The notes beneath the pieces are model-generated. The model did not search any database. It was not told where the DNA came from and saw only the letters and a list, made by a program, of their open reading frames with translations. Shown one piece after another: positions 27,426 through 34,721 of a stretch of DNA of 64,000 nucleotides. The position numbers were made by a program, and so were the translations under genes. The stretch spans positions 9,665 to 73,664 of the forward strand of contig JAAYVF010000132.1 of assembly GCA_012517325.1 (NCBI GenBank), read 5' to 3'. The DNA comes from Myxococcales bacterium. GTDB lineage: Bacteria; Lernaellota; Lernaellaia; Lernaellales; Lernaellaceae. The stretch's first letter is position 1. Every line of letters begins with the position of its first letter.

Positions 27426-28775
27426 ATGGAACGCCGATACGATCTGACCTCCGGACCGTTGATCCCGAGCATCCTGCGGCTCGCGGGCCCCGCCGTGCTG
27501 ATGATGCTCTTGCAGGGCGTGTACAATTACATCGACACCTATTTCGTCGGGTACCTGGGCGCCGAAGCGCTGGCCGGGATCAGCACCGGTGCGTTCATTC
27601 TCTGGATGACGTTTTCGCTGGCCAATCTGCTGGCAGTGGGCGCGGCGGCCAAGGTGGCGCGCCGCCTGGGCGAACGCAATCGCGTGGAAGCCGACCGGAC
27701 GGCCTTGCGCGGCATGATCTACGTCGTCGGCTGGGCCGGGTTGATCGGCGTCGTCTTGTATTTCGGCTCACCCCTGCTCTTTCGCCTGATGAACACGCCG
27801 GAAAAAGTCACCACGGACGGACTGGCTTTTTTAATGCCGCAAATTTACGCGATGCCGCTGGTCTTTCTTTCCTTTCTGGTCAACGGCATTTTTTCCTCGG
27901 CCGGCGACACGCGCAGCCCGTTCTTCATCATGTTTCTGAGCTTGCTGCTCAACGCCTTTCTCGACCCGCTGATGATCTTCGGCTTCGCCGGTTTCCCGGC
28001 GATGGGCATCGCCGGCGCCTCCTGGGCGACGGTGATCGCGCGGTTGGTCTGGCTTTACCTGACCTTGCGCAAACTGACGGCGACCGGCGGCGCGATCTCA
28101 CTGCGGGCGCATCGTCGGCTCGGCGCCGGTTGGCGGGATTTGCTGTCCATCGCCCGGATCGGCGCGCCGAAAACCCTGACCGGCGTCCTGTTCTCGGGCG
28201 TTTACATGGCGTTGACCCGCATCGCCGCCGACTACGGAACGCCGCAGATCGCCGCGCTGCGCATCGGCCACATCTACGAAGGCATTACCTTTCTTTCGTC
28301 GCTCGGCTTTTCCATGGCCGTCGGCGCGGTGGTCGGGCAGAACCTGGGCGCCGGCGATTCGCGGCGAGCGGCGAAAGCGGCGTGGAGCACCGCCCTGATC
28401 GTCGCCCTTTTTGCGGCGGGTGTGGGCGCCGCGTTTCGTTTCGCGGCCGTTCCGCTCGCCGGCGTCTTCAGTCTGGACAGCTCGGTAATCCATGCCGCCG
28501 CGGGATACCTCTTGATCCTGGCCTGGAGCCAGCCGTTCATGGCGGTAGAAATGGTCATCGAAGGCTGTTTTTCCGGCGCGGGCGATACGGTGCCGCCGAT
28601 GGTCATTCAATTGCCGTTGACCGTGCTGCGTTGGCCGGCGGCCTATTTCATGGCCTATCACACCAGTCTGGGCGTGGAGGGCGTTTGGTGGGCGATCAGC
28701 GGCTCGTCCATCTTGAAAGCCGTTCTGCTCGCCTGGTGGTTCCGCCAGGGCCGCTGGGTAAAAAAGAAGGTTTGA
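27426..28775 (+). CDS. MATE family efflux transporter
   Basis: 449 aa with about 12 TM helices. The N-terminus ILRLAGPAVLMMLLQGVYNYIDTYFVGYLG is typical of NorM/DinF-type MATE proteins. Confidence 0.8.
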   Translation: MERRYDLTSGPLIPSILRLAGPAVLMMLLQGVYNYIDTYFVGYLGAEALAGISTGAFILWMTFSLANLLAVGAAAKVARRLGERNRVEADRTALRGMIYVVGWAGLIGVVLYFGSPLLFRLMNTPEKVTTDGLAFLMPQIYAMPLVFLSFLVNGIFSSAGDTRSPFFIMFLSLLLNAFLDPLMIFGFAGFPAMGIAGASWATVIARLVWLYLTLRKLTATGGAISLRAHRRLGAGWRDLLSIARIGAPKTLTGVLFSGVYMALTRIAADYGTPQIAALRIGHIYEGITFLSSLGFSMAVGAVVGQNLGAGDSRRAAKAAWSTALIVALFAAGVGAAFRFAAVPLAGVFSLDSSVIHAAAGYLLILAWSQPFMAVEMVIEGCFSGAGDTVPPMVIQLPLTVLRWPAAYFMAYHTSLGVEGVWWAISGSSILKAVLLAWWFRQGRWVKKKV

Positions 28776-28797
28776 ACTATTTTCGGCAAATCCGCGG

Positions 28798-28827
28798 TTG
28801 ACAAATGCATCAATGTAGATATATAGT
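28798..28827 (+). promoter_or_regulatory. Sigma70-like promoter (TTGACA-N18-TATAGT) immediately upstream of the arsR-family gene; would give a near-leaderless transcript
   Basis: TTGACA is at 28798. TATAGT ends 9 nt before the ATG at 28837. No strong SD is visible. Confidence 0.4.
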
Positions 28828-28836
28828 ATATTCACT

Positions 28837-29142
28837 ATGATTGACAAAGAAAAAAGCACTTTATTGAATCCGCAGGTGGCGTACCGGCGTTCCGAAACGC
28901 TCAAGGCGCTGGGGCATCCGATCCGCTTGAGCATTGTCGAACTGCTCAATCAGCAGGAACACAATGTCGGCGACCTGGCGCGCGAACTGACTCTGGACAG
29001 TGCCATCGTCAGCCAACAATTGAAAATCCTTCGGATGTCGGGGCTCGTGCAATCCGAGCGGCGCGAGGGGCACAGCTTTTACCGGTTGGCGATTCCCCAA
29101 CTTTCGCGCCTGCTCGAGTGCCTGCGTTCCTGCGATCATTGA
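28837..29142 (+). CDS. ArsR/SmtB family transcriptional regulator
   Basis: LKALGHPIRLSIVELL...VGDLARELTLDSAIVSQQLKILRMSGLV is a canonical ArsR wHTH. Confidence 0.85.
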   Translation: MIDKEKSTLLNPQVAYRRSETLKALGHPIRLSIVELLNQQEHNVGDLARELTLDSAIVSQQLKILRMSGLVQSERREGHSFYRLAIPQLSRLLECLRSCDH

Positions 29143-29173
29143 AAAATCCGTTTTGACGACGGGATAGAAAAAA

Positions 29174-29263
29174 ATGAAAGACGCATTGCTGCCGATTCTC
29201 ATTCTCGCCCTGTGGCTGGCCTTGCAGTTGTGGATTCTCCCCGCACTCGGCGTCTCCACCTGA
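29174..29263 (+). CDS. Possible 29-aa hydrophobic micropeptide (MKDALLPILILALWLALQLWILPALGVST)
   Basis: A short ORF not in the supplied track. It is a single predicted TM helix with a weak GGGA SD. It is speculative. Confidence 0.25.
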   Translation: MKDALLPILILALWLALQLWILPALGVST

Positions 29264-29372
29264 CTGCGCTCGACTTGCAATCTCCCGGGCGGAGAGAAAA
29301 CGAAAGAAAACAACACCGGTTCCCTGCCGGCTGAAAGCCAGACCGAGAAACATGTGCCAGGGGTAAACGATC

Positions 29373-29579
29373 ATGCCGATTTATGAATACACCTGCGATG
29401 ATTGCGGCCATCGTTTTGAAAAACTGGTCCGTTCCGCCGATCCGGCGGCGCCGGCTTGCCCGAGTTGTCAGTCGGCGAAAACCCACAAGCAACTGAGCGG
29501 CTTTGTGTCGCGTTCCGGGAATTCGGTCGGCGGTGGAAGCAGCGCGGCACCGGCGCCTTCATCCTCACGTTTCACCTGA
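29373..29579 (+). CDS. FmdB-family zinc-ribbon protein
   Basis: MPIYEYTCDDCGHRFE...CPSCQS is the FmdB signature. Confidence 0.75.
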   Translation: MPIYEYTCDDCGHRFEKLVRSADPAAPACPSCQSAKTHKQLSGFVSRSGNSVGGGSSAAPAPSSSRFT

Positions 29580-29582
29580 GCG

Positions 29583-29625
29583 GGCAACTGCTGAAACCCG
29601 CGTGACGGGTTGCCGATTGTACTAT
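29583..29625 (+). terminator. Possible terminator hairpin after the fmdB-like gene
   Basis: GGCAAC...GTTGCC encloses a CCCG-cgtga-CGGG hairpin and is followed by a T-containing tract. There is no clean T-run. Confidence 0.3.
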
Positions 29626-30026
29626 CCGGCGTGATTCGGCTGTCATTCACCCAAGCTTATGAGTTCGGCGGAAAATGGACAATTCCATTTGGAATCCTCT
29701 AAAAAAATGGCAAATTTTTTCAATTTTAATGGTTTCCGGTTCTATATTTTTCCGTTTTGATTGATCCCAACCGCCCTATTTGGGAATAAAATCAAAATAA
29801 TTAGATCTAAGAGAATTCATGTTTTTTGCCACATTATCAACATGTTAGATCGCTTTTAGCTAGACTTACCCACGATCAATCCTCCAATTAAAAGGCATTT
29901 CAATAGAATGCCAAACTGAATAATACAGGCTTTCTTTTTTTTCTTGACAACTCATTCCGAATTATGCATACTCGGATTGTACAGAGTTGGTGAATTCGAA
30001 ACTAGCTTGTTTGTGAGGGAAGAGAA

Positions 30027-30503
30027 GTGATTCCGGTAAGTGGCAAAAAAGACGCATTCCAGAACTACCTTCGTTTCGTCAAGGTACGCCACTATCTGGA
30101 CATTATCTACTACGCGCAAAAAAAGCTGACGAAAGAAATCAAAAAGATCACCGGCATCAGTTTACGCGAAGTCAAGTTCCTGATGCAAATCAAACTCAAC
30201 CCCGGTTGCAGTTTGGTCAGCGTGCAAAAAAACCAATTCTTGCCGAGTTCCACCGCGGCCTGGCTGGCGGACAACCTGGTTCAAAAAGGTCTGTTGGCCC
30301 GCCGGCAAAATCCGAGCAATCGCCGCGAAGTGATCTTGGAACTCTCGCCCGAAGGCGAAAAATTGCTCGACCGAATCGACGTCCACTTCGTTACCCCCGA
30401 AGTGGAAAAACGGCTGGCGACGGCCAACGAACGACTGGTCGTCGTCATCGAGGATTCGCTGAAATCGCTGTGCTCCATGTACGGCGTCGAAATTAAAGAT
30501 TAG
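30027..30503 (+). CDS. MarR family transcriptional regulator (GTG start)
   Basis: The wHTH region is LREVKFLMQIKLNPGCSLVSVQKNQFLPSSTAAWLADNLVQKGLLARRQNPSNRREVILELSPEG. It has low GC compared with its surroundings. Confidence 0.7.
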   Translation: MIPVSGKKDAFQNYLRFVKVRHYLDIIYYAQKKLTKEIKKITGISLREVKFLMQIKLNPGCSLVSVQKNQFLPSSTAAWLADNLVQKGLLARRQNPSNRREVILELSPEGEKLLDRIDVHFVTPEVEKRLATANERLVVVIEDSLKSLCSMYGVEIKD

Positions 30504-30887
30504 CTCTTTCAAATCGAAATAGCAGACCGGATAAACGAAAGTGGCCGAGGACGCTCATGCGACTGTGATTGGTGGTCCTCCTCTACTGATGTGACGGTTG
30601 GTTTTCGCGCCGGCCTAAAAGGCCCGCGCAATTTCCCGTGAAACATTCCGATACTCGGCCATTTTCAAAATATACGGCGGTCTCAGAGACATTCCATCGT
30701 AGATTCGACATCGATGAGACCGCCAACCATTAAATGGCGGAAGGGTGTGGTTGGCCGAGCCCTATTCAGTCCGACCCTCCCATATACATCCTGCACTACA
30801 AAAGGTTGCACCTGGTCGACCTAATCCTTCCGCCGGTCTTTTTCAAACAATCAAGCGAAAAGCTGTTTGATACTCCCCCTCTGATCA

Positions 30888-30929
30888 TCACCGTCGACTT
30901 TTGATTTTGGAGTCACGGTGATTTTTTTT
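30888..30929 (+). terminator. Strong plus-strand intrinsic terminator with no annotated plus-strand gene within 380 nt upstream (orphan)
   Basis: TCACCGTCGACT-tttgattttgg-AGTCACGGTGA is followed by TTTTTTTT. On the minus strand there is no U-run, so it is directional for the plus strand. Confidence 0.55.
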
Positions 30930-30957
30930 GCCCGAAATTCGCGGAATTTACGAGAGA

Positions 30958-32430
30958 TCAGCGAGCCAGCACCGGACGCGGATCCACGATGACAATGCCG
31001 CCGGCGGATAGCACCAGAAGACGTCCGTCGCCGTTGGGCGCGATGGAGCGAATCCGCCGGCCGACGAACAGGCGCCCGATTTCCCGCAACGACTCGCCGT
31101 CCAAGGCGATCAGGTCGCCGCGGAAATACGAACCGAGCCACAGGACTCGCGCGCTGTCATCCCAATAAAGGTTGCGAATCCCGCGATCGACCGGCACTTC
31201 GCCGAGCGGCGCCAGCGTGTCGGTCCGAAACACCTGGATCTTTTTTCCGGCCATGTTGCCGACGAACAAGCGCGCGGTCGCCGGATCGATGGCCAGCAGA
31301 TGAAACAGTCCCAGCGGCGATAATTCGGCCTGGCCGCGGATCGAATCGCCGGAGTATCGGCGAAGTTTTCCGGTCAGGGTCGAAAGGAAAAATCCACCGG
31401 CCGGATCGGCCAGCAGATCGCTGATCGGCCCGTCGTGCCAATCGCGGATCGCCAGCAGCCGCTGCGGTTCGAAAAGGCGCACCTGAGTCCACTCGTCGGC
31501 GACATAGATGCCCTCGCCGCCCCGTCGCGCGACCAGCGCGCCGCGCGCCAGTTTCTGCTGCTCGCCCAGGTCCATTTCCGGGGAAGACAACCGAGCGATC
31601 CGGCCGTCGCGGGTCGGTAGATACGCGTCCTTGGTTTCCGGATCGACGGCGAAATTATCGGCGGCGGGCCCGACGGGCAGTTGAACCGTTTCAAAAGGAC
31701 GCGCCAGAAATACGCCGCGATCGCCGCCCACCACCAGATCCCCGTAACCGTTGCGCTGGGCAAATCGCAGGTCGGTGCCGAAACGCCCGACGAAAGCGGC
31801 CGCTTTCCGGTTCCAGGCCAGAATCGTCTCCACGCCCGGCCGTTCGCCGATTCGCGACAGGCGGATATCCGTCCCGTGATAGAAGAAGTCGTTGGCTCCC
31901 ATTGCGGATGCGGCCAGAAAGAACACGAGGAACAGCGGCTTGCCGATCACCGCCAGGCGATCGGCATAGATCGTCAACAGCAGCAGCGTCAGGCCGGCGG
32001 CGGTCGCCAGCGCCATGACTTCATCCGAGGAAAGCCGCGCCTCGGTTGCCACGAAAACGAGGGCCGATAAAACCGTGGCCGCGATCAAACCGGCGATCGG
32101 CGTCAGATCCCGGCACACCAGCCAGAAAATCGCCAGACAGGCCAAGCCGATCACCAACCACAACCCAATGCTGAAAAAGGCGACCAGCACCCAGCTCAGG
32201 AGAGCCGGCACACTCACCGCGATGAAATAGCCGGCGAGGACCGCACGCCGCACGGAACGGCCCGGCAAGTTCAGCCGCCAGGAACGCGCGACACCCACCG
32301 CCGCCGCCCCGATGGTCAGCGCGGCCCAGACCGGCCAGCCCGCCAACGGCGCGACGAACAAACACAACAGCCCATGAACCAGCAGCCCGGTCAGACCATC
32401 GAGCAGCAACCAGAGCGGATGCGTTTTCAT
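30958..32430 (-). CDS. Polytopic membrane protein fused to a C-terminal beta-propeller-like domain (paralog A)
   Basis: There are about 6 N-terminal TM helices. The C-terminal half has repeated G..I.V.D / LY..D motifs suggesting a propeller. Confidence 0.55.
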   Translation of the reverse strand: MKTHPLWLLLDGLTGLLVHGLLCLFVAPLAGWPVWAALTIGAAAVGVARSWRLNLPGRSVRRAVLAGYFIAVSVPALLSWVLVAFFSIGLWLVIGLACLAIFWLVCRDLTPIAGLIAATVLSALVFVATEARLSSDEVMALATAAGLTLLLLTIYADRLAVIGKPLFLVFFLAASAMGANDFFYHGTDIRLSRIGERPGVETILAWNRKAAAFVGRFGTDLRFAQRNGYGDLVVGGDRGVFLARPFETVQLPVGPAADNFAVDPETKDAYLPTRDGRIARLSSPEMDLGEQQKLARGALVARRGGEGIYVADEWTQVRLFEPQRLLAIRDWHDGPISDLLADPAGGFFLSTLTGKLRRYSGDSIRGQAELSPLGLFHLLAIDPATARLFVGNMAGKKIQVFRTDTLAPLGEVPVDRGIRNLYWDDSARVLWLGSYFRGDLIALDGESLREIGRLFVGRRIRSIAPNGDGRLLVLSAGGIVIVDPRPVLAR

Positions 32431-33923
32431 GGCGATATTCTCGCGGCGATCCGCTCGAGGTTCAAGCGAAAGACCCCCGCGGCGCTGACGCCGAGGCAGT
32501 GGTCGCCGTCCATCGTCAAATCGCGGACCCGCCGCCCCACCGGCAAGCGCACGGGTTTACCCGGCGCATACGGCCGATAGACCCAAACCTCCCCGGTGAA
32601 ATAGCTGCCGCCCAAAAGTAATTGCCGTGGCCGATCGTAGGCCAGGCAGCGCACGCCGTAAGGCGCCGTCAACTTCGCCACGAGCGTTAGATCCAGCGGG
32701 TCCAGCACCCGAATTACCGCCCCCAACCAATCCGACAAAAACAAGCGCTCATGGTCGGAATCGTAAACCATGGTTCCGCCGACGCTGGTCGGCAAAGCCA
32801 GACGGCCGCGCACGGCCAAGGTTCCCGGCTCGAGCATTTCGACGCCTCCGAAGAGGCTGGAGCGATACAACGAATGGGTTTCCGGCACGAACAACAGGTC
32901 GATATTGATTCCCGTCCGCCGCTCGACCAGCGGATCGAGGCCGGGCAATCGCAGCACCGTCAGCAAGTCCGTCCGCCCCATGGCAAAAGCGCGGCGCGTC
33001 GTCGGGTCGGCCTGCACCTTAAGAATCGGTTGGGGAAGCATCAACCGGCGCGGTTCGCCTTTGGCCGGTCGCCACACCACCTCCCCGTTTCGCAAACCGT
33101 AGAACAAAGCCTCCTCGGCGGTGCAGGACACCAATAAATTATCGCCCGCCGGCGCATGCTCCACTTCCAGCGGGGGCTTCGCCAGCCGTTCCAATCCGGG
33201 CTGATCGGCGCTGCCCAAGAGCAGTTCGCCGGCGCAATCGCGCACCGCGAAGCGCAGGTCGGCGCCGTTTCGCACCGGCGGCAAGGTCGCGGGATCGGCG
33301 GCGGAGTAAAGGAATTCGACGTCCGGATCGGCCTGCAGCGAGGTTTCCGGAAAGCGATAAAAAGCGGTGAGGACGAAAATCGTCGGCGCCAACAGAATCA
33401 ACACGGTGAAATCGAACCGACGCGCCCGATGGACCTCGCCCGTGGCGAAGAGCCAGGCGATGCTGCCGAGAAAAACGGCCCCGAATAGCAAGCGCGCCGC
33501 GTCCGCGGCGAGCAGCGGTTCGCGCCAGACCGCCAGCGCCACCGCCGCCGCGAAGGAACCGTAGGCAACCCATTGCCGCTGATTTTTTTCGAACGCCCAG
33601 CAGCCGACTCCCGCGAGCGCGACGACTCCCGCCAGCAGCCAGCGATCAACCAGCAGCGCCAGCAACAGGACGCCGGCGGTGAATCCCAACACCCAGAGGC
33701 GGTAGAGCCCCGCGGCCAGGCGGGACAGGATTGGATGGTCGACGCGGATTTCCGTCCGCCGGAAAACCGCGACCAGGACGATCGGCGGGATGAGCAAAGC
33801 CAGCGGCGTCCAGATCGCCGCCAATCCCGAATAGGCCAGCGCCAGAGGGAAATGGTAGATCAGGTAAAGGCCGACCGCCGCCGGCGGCCAGCGAAATATT
33901 TTTCGCCGCGCGGATGAAGTCAT
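32427..33923 (-). CDS. Polytopic membrane protein fused to a beta-propeller-like domain (paralog B)
   Basis: Same architecture as paralog A, with a 4-nt ATGA overlap with A. Confidence 0.55.
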   Translation of the reverse strand: MTSSARRKIFRWPPAAVGLYLIYHFPLALAYSGLAAIWTPLALLIPPIVLVAVFRRTEIRVDHPILSRLAAGLYRLWVLGFTAGVLLLALLVDRWLLAGVVALAGVGCWAFEKNQRQWVAYGSFAAAVALAVWREPLLAADAARLLFGAVFLGSIAWLFATGEVHRARRFDFTVLILLAPTIFVLTAFYRFPETSLQADPDVEFLYSAADPATLPPVRNGADLRFAVRDCAGELLLGSADQPGLERLAKPPLEVEHAPAGDNLLVSCTAEEALFYGLRNGEVVWRPAKGEPRRLMLPQPILKVQADPTTRRAFAMGRTDLLTVLRLPGLDPLVERRTGINIDLLFVPETHSLYRSSLFGGVEMLEPGTLAVRGRLALPTSVGGTMVYDSDHERLFLSDWLGAVIRVLDPLDLTLVAKLTAPYGVRCLAYDRPRQLLLGGSYFTGEVWVYRPYAPGKPVRLPVGRRVRDLTMDGDHCLGVSAAGVFRLNLERIAARISP

Positions 33924-33953
33924 GGGACCTACATTACTCAGGACGCCGTAAAT

Positions 33954-34700
33954 TTATTTGGGAAGGCCGGCCAGCAGTTTCTTCGCCAAAGCCTGGTCGT
34001 CGGCCAATTCACGCTCGAAACCGGGCATGGGCTTGAGCGCGATCACCTTTTCGCAAAGTTGTTTCGCCTCGCCGTACTGCTTCTCGGCGATCAGCACCTC
34101 CGCCAGACTGACCAGGGTCAGGGAGTAATCGGGCGCGTAGGTCAGGCTCTTGCGCAGCAGCTTGATCGCTTCCTGGTTCGAGGCGACCGGACTCTTGTAT
34201 AGGATCATGCCCATCGCCCGATCCGGACCGCCGAAAAAGTAGGTCGGATTCAGAACGGCCGCTTTTTTCAGATGGCTCTCGAGATCGTTCTTGCTGCGCA
34301 TTTTGGTCATCACGCTTTTGTCTTCCAGGCTTTTCGCCAGACAAGCGGAGTACCAATAATGGCTGCCGGCATGGCCGGAATCGGCGTCAAAACCTTTTTT
34401 CGCCGCATCCATCCCCTGTTGATAAATCGCTTCCTTTTGCGCGGCCGGCGCAAAGCGGCCCAGGAAATAATAGCCGCGCGCCATGGCGGCGAACGCCTCG
34501 GCGAGCTTGGGATCCGCCGCGCCCGCCTGACGGTAATAGTCGATCGCCTGTCGCGCGTGGCTGTCGCCGGACGAACGCAGCAGCCATTCGGCATCGCCCT
34601 TTTGCATCCATTCGCCGGCGGTTTGCGCCCACGCCATCGCCGCCAGGCCCAGAACGAGCGCCAGAACCGCCGCGCCGAAACCGCCTTTTACCTTTGCCAT
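33954..34700 (-). CDS. Secreted tetratricopeptide-repeat (TPR) protein
   Basis: Signal peptide MAKVKGGFGAAVLALVLGLAAMAWAQ. Helical repeats carry the TPR W-LG-Y / A-F-P pattern. Confidence 0.6.
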   Translation of the reverse strand: MAKVKGGFGAAVLALVLGLAAMAWAQTAGEWMQKGDAEWLLRSSGDSHARQAIDYYRQAGAADPKLAEAFAAMARGYYFLGRFAPAAQKEAIYQQGMDAAKKGFDADSGHAGSHYWYSACLAKSLEDKSVMTKMRSKNDLESHLKKAAVLNPTYFFGGPDRAMGMILYKSPVASNQEAIKLLRKSLTYAPDYSLTLVSLAEVLIAEKQYGEAKQLCEKVIALKPMPGFERELADDQALAKKLLAGLPK

Positions 34701-34721
34701 CGCCGTCCGTTTCCCCGTCGT

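Noticed and set aside
29944-29975. TTGACA followed at 17 nt by CATACT as a marR promoter
   Set aside because: The -10 match is poor (3/6). The region is uniformly AT-rich, so hexamer matches are expected by chance. It is mentioned only in the low-GC finding.
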